Below, one piece after another: positions 27,612 through 41,060 of a stretch of 64,000 nt of DNA; positions within the stretch are counted from its first letter, which is position 1; each line of letters opens with the position of its first letter. The stretch lies in NCBI RefSeq assembly GCF_009914755.1, contig NC_060933.1; one strand, written 5' to 3'. The translations under genes and the position numbers were made by a program. The notes beneath the pieces were generated by a model. The model was not told the DNA's origin. It did not search any database and saw nothing but the letters and a program-made list of their open reading frames with translations. Source of the stretch: the human T2T-CHM13v2.0 reference genome, Homo sapiens.

Positions 27612-28369
27612 AGTGATAGAAAAGATATCAACAAGACTGTGGAATGGAAGAAGCTATAGATTCAGATCTATGAACAAATAAAATAAATGACTTTTCAGTT
27701 TAATGTCTGCATATTATTGATTACATCTTGCATTTTAAACATTTTATAATTGTGTTTTTTCATATATTTAAGGTGTGGACATGAAGGTGATTGATGTCCA
27801 GACTAATTCTTCTGATCTGGCTGGTTAACTGGGAATCTATTTACTCACTTATCACTTTGTGTCTAAGATGAAAATAAAATAGAACAACAGTTTTCACTTT
27901 AGAGTATATGTAGTGCTAACATCTGAATTATGTCTGACTTAAAAAGGCTCTCTTTATACTAGATAATAATTTTATAATGAAAAGGGTCATATTAATGCAT
28001 GAACAAAAATGACTGAAATACAAAGTGCTCGCAGAAGTAGTTAGAATATAAAAGGGAAAACAACGTCTTAGATTTGTTAGCCTCCATAATCATTTGCCTT
28101 ATGAGACAAAAGCAATTTGCTTTTATGTGTGCTCATTATGCTCACCTTAGTCATTAGCTTCATCACAAAATATTTAGTGAATGTATGGTACTATGCTTGC
28201 AAATACTGTAAATATTTCCTTGCTGTCAAACCAACTTTAACAATATCACTGAAATATAAAGTTGAAGAATTGTAAGTAATCATTCATTATTATTAATGGC
28301 ATACATTTGACATCAGTAAGTGGCCTAAACATTTCATAAATCAGATGTATGTAGCTTACGTTTCCCATA

Positions 28370-28880
28370 GTTTTTAGCGTTGGTTTGGGAGTCTGGCCAC
28401 TTGTGGTTTTAGCTCTGCCTCTGCAATTTAAGTAGTGTGGGCTATGGCAAATAAATTCTCCCTGACTGTACAGCATAGGATTGCCTACCTCTAAAAGTCT
28501 GCTTTTGTTGTTTTCATCAACTTTCGCTCACTTTCTTTGAACGTGTTTATGACATTTACAACAACTCAGGGACAACTAAGGGATGAGTTCTTATTCCAAA
28601 TATTCTAGTTAAGTTTTTGAATATATAGCTTGAACTGTATTTTTAAGGGCACAAAGAGGGAAAAGGACTACTATTTACTGTCTTTAGTGTGACAGGCATT
28701 GTTTTAGGTATTTTGCAAAGGTATGTGAATCTCATTTATATTTCTGATATCTGTACAAACAAGGAAATTGAGATTCAAGAATATTATCTAGCTTCTTTTA
28801 AGCCACCCAGATAATCTATGAAGGAATTAGGAATAAAATGTATGTCTTTCTTATTCCAAAGCTCTTGACCTTTCAATTCT
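28370..28880. mobile_element. Two MIR fragments (+ at about 28370-28500, - at about 28670-28880)
   Basis: Degenerate MIR core sequences in opposite orientations. Confidence 0.55.
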
Positions 28881-29433
28881 ATTACATTATATAATGGTAT
28901 CTGCCTTTTAATGGTCCTAATTTGGATGGAAAGTGTGCAAGAGGTGTGTATATTTACATGTGTGAGTGTGTGTGATTAGGCATATGAGTGTGAATATCAA
29001 TGTATTGGTGATCCAAACATAACATATTTATGGATCACTTGGGCTTTTTACGTTGCTGCTTTTCTTGTTATTGCCTTTGATTTTTACATGCCATTGGTAA
29101 CATAGCTAAAATATGTACGTTCCTCATTTACTGGCTGGTGTTAAATGAATGCTATTAAATTAGTTCAGCTTACTATAAATGGCAGCAAACAAAGCTTGTG
29201 TATACCAAACGTTCTCAAGTGTGGGACATAGACCTACTGGATCAACAGTGGAAGAAAGAATATGTCAATGACAACTAATTATAAATTGTTTTACTGTGAA
29301 ATTAGATACAGAATTTTTTCAAAAAAAAATCTGAAAACTGTAAGATATAATTGCCACAAGCACTATGTAAATGCATTTAGCAGTTACATATTTCTGTCAG
29401 TCACATTCTTTCTCCTATTCTTCTCATTAAGTA

Positions 29434-29669
29434 CAGGTTGTCTTTCTTCATTTGAAAATCTGAAATCTGAAATGCTCCAAAATCTGAAACTTCTTGAGCA
29501 ATGGTATGACATTCAAGGAAAATGCTCATTGGAAAATGTCAGATTTTGGATTTTCAGATTAGGAATGGTGAACATGTAAGTGTGATGCAAGTACTACAAA
29601 ATTCAAAGAAAATCCAAAATCTGAAACACTTCTGGTCCCAAACATTTCAGATAAGAGATACTCAACCTG
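29434..29669 (+). mobile_element. Tigger4a (MER46A-like) MITE
   Basis: TA-caggttg...ctcaacctg-TA termini. Internal aaatctgaaatgctccaaaatctgaaac and acacttctggtccca. Confidence 0.92.
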
Positions 29670-29679
29670 TACAAACAAA

Positions 29680-32600
29680 AACCCTGAGCATTCGCTATAA
29701 ACCAACAAACAAAATAAGCCTCTGAAAGGTGGAGAGAAGTCACACAGGCCAGGGAATTCAATGCTATGAATTTCTTGGCTTTCTATTTTCTCACATATTT
29801 AGGAATTGGGGTTGAAAAAAAAACTGGCTACCTCAAACATGGCAACAACCATAGCCAATATTAAAAAGTAATAAGAAAATGTAAGACCTGAACAAAATTT
29901 TGTACTTTGAAGCCAAAAGACCATTAATGAAAAAGCCTAGAAAGGCAGGGTTTTTTTTATATTAACCATATTACACCAGACAAACACCATAGGAGAAAAA
30001 AGAAATGACTGTAGCCTCATTCCATACACACCAGCAAAGGCCAAGCAGGTAGCCTAGACAACCACACTCATGAATCTGTAACAAGGCAACCCAACACCCC
30101 CATTGGTGTGCCATCAGAGAAAGCCAACTAGAATATCAGGGTTTAAATGCCAGCTAACCAACAATGAGGTCCCTTCTGGCATCAGTGAACCCCACATGAT
30201 GAGCCAAAATTCCTACCCCCCCAAAACAAAAGTAAGGAAGAACATCCCCTTCTCTTGGGGTATCAACAGAGGCTGAGGGGGAACTAAGAATCTCTCTCTC
30301 CACCTGGAAATAACAAACCGGAAATAACAAACAGAGAAAAGCTAACACTTCTATAGCATTGGTAGAAATATAAATTAGTGCAGTCATTATGGAAAACTTT
30401 ATGGAGATTCCTCAAAAACTAAAAATGTAATTACCTTATGATCTAGCAATCTCGCTTCTGGGCATATCTTTATGATTTGCAATCACTAAGTCAAAGAGAT
30501 AGCTGCATTTCCGTGTTCATTGCAGCATTTTTCACAATAGCCAAGTTATGGAATCAACCTAAATGCCCATCAACAAATGAAGAGGTAAAAAAAAATGTGG
30601 CATAAATACACAACATTATACTAATGTTATACTTAAAAATTTAAAAAAAGAATTCCTGTCATTTGTAACAACATGGGTACACCTGGAAGACACTAGGCTA
30701 AGTAAAGTAAGCCAGGCACAGACAAAAATACCACAGCATCTCACTTATATGTGGAACAGTCAAACTCCCAGAAGCAGAGTAGAACGTTAGTTGCCACAGC
30801 CTGGAGAGTTGGAAAACTAGTTCAATATTTGAAAAATGACCAATGTAATCCATTATTTGACTAAAATAAAAAGGAAAAGTCACATGATCATATAAACTGA
30901 TGCAGAAAAAAAGTGATAAGATTTAATCTCATTTCATGATTTTTTGATATGTCAGAAAAATAGGAATAAAGGAGAATGTTCTGAACTTGATAACGAACAT
31001 CTACAAACAGCAACAATAAAAACAACTAGCATTAATCTTACACTTAATCTTATACTGAATGGTGAAAGACAAGATGATCTCCCCTAATATCAGGGACAAG
31101 GCGAGGATGTCCATTCTTATCTCTTTTAATAAAAATAATGATAGAAGTTTCAGACAGTGCAATAAGCAAAAAAATATATATATATATATATAGATTAGGA
31201 AGGGGGAAATAAACACTGTCTCTATGTGCAAATGCCATAATTGTTTATGTAGAAAATCCAGAGAAATCAACAATAAAAACAAATTTCTAAAACGGATAAA
31301 TGAGTTTAGCTAGCCAAAAGAATACACGATAACTATATGAAAATCAATTGTATCTCAATATCCTAGCAATAAACACTTGGACACTTAAATAAAAAATACA
31401 TTATCTTTTCAGTTACTGAAAATATACTTAGGTATAAATCTACAAAACATGTATAATACCTTTCATATGTTTAAAACTACAAAACATTGATTAAAGGAAT
31501 CCAAGAGGAGCTATATAAATGAAGAAGTATATTATGACTAGGAAATCATCCTTCCTTTCCACAAAACCTTTTCCTCTGTCAGTCTGTGGGATCTTCCTCT
31601 GCCTCTCTCTTATAAGAACATTAGGAATGGCCTTTAATGCCCACATAGATAATCTAGAATGATCCCATCATCTCAAGATCTTAATCATATCTGCAACAAG
31701 CCTTTATTCCAAATAAGGCAAGATTTACACATTCCAGGGATTAGGGCATGGACATATATTTGGGGCAAAATACAAAGATATACAAATGGCAAATAAACGT
31801 TAAAAAATCTTCAGAATCATTAACATTAGATAAATGCAAATTATAATCACAATATCATACTACTGTGTATTAGTACTTATCAGAATAGCTAAAATAAAAC
31901 ATAGTGACAACACCAAATGTTGGCAAGGATGTAGAGAAACTGCATGTCATAAATTGTTGATGGGGTTGTAAATGATGCATACACCTTGAAAAACAATTCG
32001 ACAGTTTTTAAAAATAAATACAGATAATTAACATGCAACTACCATAACCTCAATTATACTCTTAGTCATTTGTCTCAGAAAAATAAAGTCATATGTTCAT
32101 GCAAAAATCTTTTCAAGAATACTTATAGGAGTTTTATTCACAATTGCCCCAAACTAAAAATAACCCAGATGTCCTTTTCTTAGTAAATGGTTAAACTAAA
32201 TATGTACATTCATATCATAAAATAGTATTCAACCATAAAAAATAAACAAACTATTAATACATGCAATGTCTGGATGAATTATCTGGATGAATTTCCAGAA
32301 ATATACTGAGTGAAAAAAGTCAATCCAAAGGGATTACTTTATTATTTCATTTATATAAAATTATTGAAATGATACAATTATAGAAATGTAGAATAGACTA
32401 GTAGTTGTCAGGAGTTAAAAAGTGGGCTGAGGTGGAAAGGAAGGAGTTGTATCTACACAACTATCTGTAGAAGGGCAATATTAGGAATCCTTGTGGTAAT
32501 GAAAATGTTCTGGATCTTGACTGTCAATGTCAATATCCTGGTTCTGATATTTTGCTGTAATTTTGCAGCATGTTACAATTGGGGGAAACCAGATAAAATA

Positions 32601-32690
32601 AAACATATAGGGATCTCTCTGTATTATTTTTTACAAATACAAGTGAATCTACAATTGTTTCAAAACTTTGAAAAAAATTAACAAAATTTA
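29680..32690 (+). mobile_element. Rearranged old L1 (L1MD-like): 5'UTR piece, an L1MA 3' piece (30340-30815), ORF2 RT piece, MLT1 fragment (31550-31770, -) and L1MD 3'UTR
   Basis: ORF2 motif cacatgatcatataaactgatgcagaaaa. L1MD-type 3'UTR ggaatccttgtggtaatgaaaatgttctggatcttgactgt...gggatctctctgtattattt. Confidence 0.75.
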
Positions 32691-33319
32691 TTTAAAATAG
32701 TACTCCAAAACATCTGATACAATCATCCGTAAATACGTAGAAACATACCGTTTGTTCTTTCTATCTCCTAAACACATTTATTCAGATGTCACCAGCCATT
32801 GAAAATTACTCTAGTCATTTGACAAAATTATACCTTTATAACACAGATCACAAAATAATTACTGACTTCCTTTCTTGTCTATTGTTTCCTACAAAACTCT
32901 ATAACATAAAGAGTTGTGTCACTTTTTGTCATTGCTTTCCAAAACACATAGTCAATTACTACTAAGATTTCCAATTTTTTTACAGCGTACCACTGAAAAT
33001 AATTGTAAAATATCAGTTCAGCACTGTTTTGATTTATAGAAGTAACATAATTCTTACATTTTTCAGAAAAATAGTTTTGATATTTCATTAATTCAGTAGC
33101 AAAAAGTATTATTTTGCTATCCATAATTATCTATAAAGACTGTCAAAAGCAGGACGATCTAAAAATTTATCAAATAATGTACCTACAAAGTCAATACGTT
33201 ACTCTAAGACCTGAAAAATAATCTCAGAAAAAAAAAAATCTTTATTCTATGTATCCTAACTATCCTTTGCAAGATTGGAATATGGTTATTGACTAAACTA
33301 GAATAAACCAATAAACCAA

Positions 33320-33560
33320 AAGAGTTCTAGATTAGGGTTCTGACACTGGTGTATTGCTCACTATGAATTTAGATGCTAAATATGTTATTTAACCTCTGTT
33401 TGATTCAATTCTCTTATATGTGAAATGATTATAACAAGAGCCACTTCACATGAGGTTGTTAGGATGATGAAATAATATGACGTATCGAGAGCATTTCCCA
33501 TACAGAATAGTACCAGATAAGCATGTATGTATACTAGTGTTACCACTATCACTTAGTATT
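33320..33560 (+). mobile_element. MIR
   Basis: ttatttaacctctgtttgattcaattctcttatatgtgaaatg...gaggttgttaggatga. Confidence 0.7.
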
Positions 33561-33699
33561 GGATATTGAATGATAAATAAATATAATCATTAACCATTGT
33601 TAAAGATATCTCCTGTATTTGTTTTCACAATACTCATGAAACTTTTATGTTTTCTTTCAAAAATTCTATCTGGTATCAATTTGATTACCGGCTCCCAAT

Positions 33700-34240
33700 C
33701 CTGCTTTACTCAAGGCCCTTCAAAGTTTCTCATTGCTCTCAGGGTAACGACAATACTCTCCACCAAGGCCTTTAACATTTGGCATGATCCGCCTGCTGCC
33801 TGCCTATCCACTTCCACTTCATACCATGTTTTCCCTCTGTCTACTCACTCCTCTCAGCCACAATCTCCCTCCTGCCCAGTACTCTTGCACATGCTGCTCT
33901 ATGTAAGTCATACTTCCCTTCCATGTTCACCCACTAAGCATGTTGTTTTTAGATGTATGATCAATAATCATTCTTAGGAAAGCATGCCTTAATTTACTTG
34001 ATTACATCAAACATCCCACTCTTAGGCACTCATAAAGCCAAATATTGCTCCTACATACATAACTTTTGGTGCAATTGCACTTTTACATGAACTTACATGA
34101 TTTAATGGCTGGGCTTCTGTCTGTATTTTCCTCTAGACTTTCTCATAGCTGTTTTTACCTGCCACTGTACCATCCATTCATAGCACAGTGTGTGGAAGAA
34201 GTAAATCTTTCTATAAATGTTTATTCATTAAATAAATAAA
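33700..34240 (+). mobile_element. L2a 3' end
   Basis: ccttcaaagtttctcattgctctcaggg...catagcacagtgtgtgg...ataaatgtttattcattaaataaat. Confidence 0.75.
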
Positions 34241-34369
34241 TGTGTAGTGAATCAACAGGTTTTTATAAATGCCTAGAAATGGAAAAATCAAAGGTAAATT
34301 GTATTATAACCTTAAATGTATATGTTAAGGGTAGTGTCAGTGTAACTTTGTTCTTCAATGACTCTGTTT

Positions 34370-34620
34370 CTAATTTATCCTGGTGATATTGGAGCCTCAT
34401 TTTAAACAACACACTATAAGAGGCATGAAAACAATGGTGCCATTGTGCCTTAACACTATATCACATAAGGAGTGGTTAAAGGATGTTTACTTTGGAGGTA
34501 ATTTATGAGACATATTCCACAATATGAATTGGAAGAGGGAATAGCCTGATTCAAACTGATGCTTCGTGGAAGCACTTTTGGTGTATCATTTGAAGATGTT
34601 TCTCATACAACTGCCTATTG
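34370..34620 (+). mobile_element. L3/CR1 fragment
   Basis: tggagcctcattttaaac...cacataaggagtggttaaagga..tgtttactttggag resembles the CR1 ORF2 3' end. Confidence 0.5.
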
Positions 34621-37473
34621 GATATAGAATGAGTAGATAAAACATCGCCATTATTAGGCACCTTTGAGATAAAAAAATCTGGGTCACAATACATGTTGTT
34701 CAGAGTTACAGTGAGGATTTCCATTAATAATTTTTATGCTTGATTAGGGTCAATGAAAAAGTGTCAAATTAGGGTAAGGGTGAAAATATTTGAAAAATAT
34801 TAACTCAAAATACTTTAATTCATTTCTTAAATACAGTCACTGCAGGTTTGTAGCTATGGCATGTGTCATATCACCCTATAGAAGATGAGAATAGTTTATT
34901 TTGGAGACAAACTAGTCAAAAACTAGATTTCATCTCAAAATTGGCTTTTCTGACCATGTTAGTTAGATAAGGTCTTAAAAGGCTGGGCTTCATAAATACT
35001 AACATTATTTCTAAATTGCATACCTTCATCTTTAACAAACTTAGAGTCACGGTTCATGGTCAGATTACAGAGTTTTAATATATTTCAGAGAATCCTACAT
35101 AACAAGTGATACACAATTTCTGAGCAAGTGAATTGTGGGGTGAAAAAGAACGTCTGGGTCTGAAAAGTAAGTTGTTGGATTCATGTATCTTTACTTTTCC
35201 TCTCTGAGCCAAAATTTTGACAATTTGGATGGGTTGAGGGGAGAGCCAAACACACAAGGATAATTTATCTGGTTTGGCATAGAGCAAATAGAACATGCAT
35301 TACACTAGCCATGATCTTTGTTATTAGACCAAAGGAAATTCCAGGAACATGACCATAATAATCCCACCTGAATAGACACCAGCCAATGCAGATCTAAATA
35401 CCAATGCCAGGAAAAAGCAAGGGATTTCTTTAATCCCCATTAATATAAGTCTTTAGGCAACTTCCATTTAGAATTGGTGTTGAGACAAAAAGATAAAGGA
35501 GAAATTTGAGAAACAATCACACAAGAGAAGCCTGCAAAATTAATATATTGGATTCAGTTTACTGAACAGATAAGTTTTCAATTTCTCTGCCCTGTTAATT
35601 TGTAGTTTCAGGTTTTACAAGAGAAATCTGGTCAGTTATAGAAACAAATTTCAAAATATGCTTTTTATTTATACTTCTTCATATAGTGTGAGAGAATCTG
35701 TGACCCCGCTATACAATAAGCATGTTTGGATAACACATTTCAATAATCTGAACTAATAACAATTGTGAACTACATTCCTCTTAATAAGAAAGAGAACAGC
35801 TATTTTAAACAGTCTTATATAAGAGAGAGAGAGAGAAGGATGAAGTATTGATTTTGCAGCTGGCTAAAGAGTAGAAACCTTTGGCTATTAGGCCTCATTT
35901 GTGAAAGGATGTAATCAATTTTTCTGTGGTAGGTCCTCCTACATGCCTGGGTTTGAATTATATTCATGGGTACTACATACCACGCTTTCTTTTTCATGCT
36001 TATACAGATTGGCTTGTAAGTTTGCAGAGATGTGATATTATTGATTTGAATTTTCTCTTGACCTAAATAATGAGAGTCTAAATTTATGAGAAGGATTCTG
36101 GAAGCTCAGTATTTCTTTTAAGAGTAATGTGGAAAATCATTAGAGAAGATGAATTCCTGCTTTTTTGAATTGCACAAAAATAGACTGTATAAGTTTATGG
36201 TGGAAATGTAAGAAATTCAAGCATGAAATGTGTAGTTACCTGTAAATGAATTAGTTACTGTATGATTCTACATTTATGTCCTATTTGATCTGCCTAGAAT
36301 TTAGATCCCCAAAACTGACATGTTTTATATCTCAGTTTTAGTGCAAAAATACTATAGACAATTTGAATCTGATAAAAATAATAGGTATTTGTCACAAGGG
36401 AGATACTACTGGTCATTTTAACTGAAGCTCCCCTAATTTAGGTGCTTTTAAATGGTGAAACCAGGAATTTTTACTAAGATAGAAGAGCCTTTGGAATAGA
36501 TATTTTAATTATTTAATTGCTTTATTCCACAGTATTTAGCACTACCTGAGATTATACATAAAATGTATTAATATATTTGTAAATAAACTGGTAAGTGAAA
36601 CATAACACCACACATATTGAAAAATTTTGTCCATTTAATTTCATATGTCCATTTGTGTTTAATTATGCATCGTTTTTTATCGTTAAAACTTTTCCTCTTT
36701 TTTGAATAGCTATATTGTGTTGATTTTCTTTCAAGAAAAATTAATGAATAAATTCTACCATTACCCATTAAATAGCCATGCTTTGTCCCTAATTTATTCT
36801 TTTGCTTAATCAATATTATTCAACACTATTCCATTTAACATGCTATAAAATGAGGCATAGGAAATCCAAGATTATTAAGACAGAGTCTCCCTTTTTTTTT
36901 TAAGATTCTTACAAGTTAACATGAGTATTAACACTTGTACACATAAAACAGTAATTTTGTAGTATTATTTAAAACAAATAGGCTGTAAAAGTATTATATA
37001 CTTCAAGAGAAAAAGGAATGTTGTTTTTCTTTTGGAGGGTGGGCTAAGCTTATGTGTTTAATGTAAAATAAATAGATCCTCGATAGCCACTGAAGAATCT
37101 GTAATTTACTTGATAAATGATGAGCAGGATTTGAAAATCTTATACCAGGGAAGAAATGTGGAACCTAAAGAAGACTGAGGTAAATTTACTTGATAACTTG
37201 AAGTAGAAAAGCGTGGTGAAAAGAAATCAGATTAAAACTCTCTACAGCAGTACCTCAGGACAAGTTGATTAGTGCCTGAACTAGTGTCATGAAGCAGGAT
37301 AAGGAAAGAAAGTGACAGGATGAAGGAAAGGTAAGAAAGACTTAGGGAAGTATTTGAATCCTGGGATAAGTAAGAAGAATTGATTGTAACATTTGGTTTT
37401 AGAGACAGAGAGTAGTTTCATTTTAGACCTATTGATTTTCATCTGGATGGAAATTCTCTTCAGAATTAGGTAC

Positions 37474-37913
37474 AATATTAGTTTCCTGTTGATGTTGTAA
37501 CATATTACTAAAAACTGAGTGTCTTAAAACAACAGAAATTTATTATCATAAAATTCAAGTCAAAACTCAGACCCAAATCAGTCTCACTGAGCTAAAGTCA
37601 AAGTGTTGGCAAAGTTGGTTCCTTCTGGAGGCTCTGAGAAGATAATCTGTTATCATAAACGTTTCCAGTATCACTCCAACCTCTTGCTTCTTTTGTCATA
37701 TCTCCTAATCCTTGGTCTACCCCTTCTACCTGCCTCTTGTAAGGACCCTTTATTTTATATGAGGCCCACTTGGATAATCTTGGGTAATCTTTCCATCTCA
37801 ATATCATTAACTTAATCACATCTGCAAATTTTATTTTCGCCATGCCAGGTATTACTACGATATTCACAGGTATTAGGACATGGACATTTTGGGGTGGTTC
37901 TTTAGGGTACCAT
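37474..37913 (-). mobile_element. MLT1C/D LTR inserted in an antisense L2 (about 36830-38130)
   Basis: tattagtttcctgttg...cttaaaacaacagaaatttatt...ttccttctggaggctct...ttaatcacatctgcaaa...attaggacatggacattttgggg. Confidence 0.85.
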
Positions 37914-38239
37914 CCCTATGGGGTGTTACTTTTGAGGAATGGGAGCTTGACATAAAGATTTGGGAGTAATCAAAGTGGTCTAAGACCTGACATGCTGCAC
38001 ATGAATAAGATCTCCAGATTGAAGGAGTGAAGAAAAGAGAATGGAGAAGAGGGCATTGAATGCCTGCAGTTGGGAGAAAGAAGATTAGGAACTTAATAAT
38101 TTGATCAACTTTGCTAGCTACAGAAAGATTAAGGCGAGAGAGAGCTGTTGCAAGCTTACTTGAATTTAGCAAGAAGAGTTTTATTTCAAAGCACAGTTGT
38201 AAGGATGAGACTCAGACTGATGAACACACATTATAAAGT

Positions 38240-38420
38240 TGAGAGTGTGGATTTTCACATGATCTAGAATTATAATAAATGAAAGCTATTTGATCTGTTG
38301 TGTAATCGGGGATAATTTCCCTGAGTCTCAGGTTTATCACACTTAAAATGGTAATAATAATACCTGCCTTGCAGGATTGTTGTGGGAATAAGAAGGTGAT
38401 AATGATTAACACAGTTATTA
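38240..38420 (+). mobile_element. MIR
   Basis: ccctgagtctcaggtttatcacacttaaaatggtaataataatacctgccttgcaggattgttgtg. Confidence 0.75.
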
Positions 38421-40547
38421 CATTGTCATCAAATAGAGATTTGTCACTGCAAAGATTGTCATTAAAGATGTAAAAAAAATTTCATTCACTTTATCAGTCA
38501 CAGAAAGGTTATAAATGGCAAGTTGGGAGACAGAAATGTTTCAGCAAATACAGAAAAATTTAACAGAAGAAGTGACACAGGAAGGTATATTATTAAACTA
38601 AGTTTAGCAGCAAGTCTGGTGTGGGTTTCTGGTAGGTATTACAGGGCCATCCATTTTTCATAGGAAAATCAGGAAGCTGAGTGTGGCCAAGATTACTCTG
38701 GAGAACTTCATAATTAAAGTTCTAATAAACCATTATGCTCCTTCTGGAGAAAGTGAATGCATGGATTTTTTTTTACTTTTGTGATTTAAAAAAACAAAAC
38801 AAACAAAAACTTGGAGCCAGGACACTATTTTTTTTTTTCCTAAGAATTTTAAGATCTAGGAAAGCAAGAAGATAAAAAACAATGGGTACGAGGGTCCTGT
38901 GGATGATCAGTAGAGATGACAATTTGGACAGACTGGACGTTAGAGGGAAATGAAGAAGGGTGTAAGCCATGAAAGGGACATGCTTATTAAGAATGTATTC
39001 TGTATTAAACACTTCGCTAGCTTTAAGAATCTATCATTTAATCCTCAACAAAAATTTTGAATTGGAGAATTATTACTTCCATTTATTGTGAATGTAATTA
39101 GAAGGGACTAAGAAACATCCAAAGCCAAGACTAAATAACGGAGCCAACATTTATGCAGTTGCTCAAATTCCACATTTCTACTCAGATTGTTAATCAGGTG
39201 CCAGAACTATGTAGAAAATAGGAAATGTGAACAAAATAGAAATTTATCCTTTCTGGCGCATGGGAACATCAAAAGCAACCACAGAAAGGCTAGAGGTATA
39301 AAGATACGTTTTTATTACTGAAAGCCAGAAATTATTCAGATATTTTGCCTTTGTACAATGATTTTTAAAATTGCTTAATAGTTATCCAAACTCATTCCAG
39401 GAACTCTAGCATCAACAACCTATATTACATTTTAGTTTGGTTAATATTTCAAACTGAATAAAATTTAGTCCTTAAATAATTTATTTAGATTTTTGAAAGA
39501 CATTATTTGAAAACAAATAAAATCATATAACTGATTTATTGAGTAAAAATAGTGTCCTCCAAGATCTTATCAAAAATTTTACACGGGCAAGCCTCCAATA
39601 ACAACAGCTTTTCACAGAACAGAAAGACACTCAAGTTACTTTCATTTTCTTTAAGTTCAAGCTCATATTTGTTGCTAAATTAGCTATTATTTTTTAAATT
39701 ATATAATTTTATTTTGTAATATTATTCTTTCATTTTCTTAGAACTATAGAATTATTTGATGGGGTATTGCAATGTGATTCAGTTATTTCTAAAATAGTTT
39801 ATAATCTTGAATGTTCCAAACAGGCCATCCCAAATTATACTGTCTTCTACCAGGAAACATTAAAGGGCCTTACATCAGTAGCAGCTTTCAGCCCCCATCC
39901 TCTCAGTGTAGAACTCTGTTCACAAAAGTTGCCATTCTTGGTATTATGTAATTTTGCCATCCTATCCACAACTGTATCAGTGAAAAACTGTTGACCCAAA
40001 GATTACCATCAATAGATTTATGTGGAAGCAGAGATAGGAAGTAGGTAAGTTGCCAAATTGCCTGAGCACTAATGAGATGTGTTTGATAGCTCAAAAAATA
40101 TTTCAATATTTGAGACTGATCTACAGCTTCTGACTACATTCAAAATAGCATGTAGTGACTTCTCATTGGCCAGTCTAAGCATATATTAAAAAATTACTAC
40201 TCTCTTTATAAGCAAGCTTATTTGTGCCAGAGAAACCATACCTATGTTTATATTAGAGCATCACGGAAAGCCTGGTTTTTGCTGAAGCCTTAAAACATTG
40301 CTGGGGTCATAATTCAGCATAGTAGATGACAGTTTTTAAGATATCTACTTGTCTTTTCAATAAATAGGAAATACTGGTTTAAAGGGAAAGAAACTTCTAT
40401 ACTTTTGCTGCTGAATTTCTTCAATATTGATTCAGGCTGAAAACCAAGCTGATTTTTTTTTGTGTGTGTAGTATCAAAGGACAGCTTACTTGTGAAAATT
40501 ATAGGATAGGCATAATATCTTAAACATTCAAAATAGCCAGTGCCAGC

Positions 40548-40785
40548 TTTTATGAGCTGAATTGCATCCCTTCTCTATCCCAGAAAGGTATATTGGAGTT
40601 CTAACACCTAGAATTTCAGAATATCACCTTATTTGGATATAGGTTTTTACAGAGGTAATCAGCTTAAAATGAGGCAATTACAGTAATCTCTAATTCAGAA
40701 TGAGAATATGACTCATAAAAAGAGGAATTTTGGTCACAAAATGCTGACAGAGGGATGATAATGCAAAAACACAGAGAGAATGCAA
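40548..40785 (+). mobile_element. MLT1B LTR 5' half
   Basis: tatgagctgaattgcatcc...ccttatttggatatagg..tttacagaggtaatcagcttaaaatgagg. Confidence 0.85.
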
Positions 40786-41060
40786 GCAAGGCAGCCCCAG
40801 ACCCTAGGCTTCAGAACATTCCTGGCTTGAAGGGTTCTCGACCCGCCCCTTCCCACGCAGGAACCCGTCTGCCATTAACGCTGTCCATGGAGCCCAGGCC
40901 GTTCATGCGAGATGGTGCCAGCAGGCCTGCAGGATGAGCTGCCCTCACCTCCGCTGGTGCCCCTCCCACACTGGTTGGAACTCAAAGTCTAGAGCTGCAC
41001 CTCCCCCCTGCAGCCAGAGTCCTCACAGCAGCCACTCCAGATGGACTGTCGCTGCCATCA
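40786..41060 (-). mobile_element. MER52-family ERV1 LTR, 5' portion (GC-rich)
   Basis: The minus strand starts tgatggcagcgacagtccatctggagtggctgctg, the recalled MER52 terminus. Confidence 0.8.
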
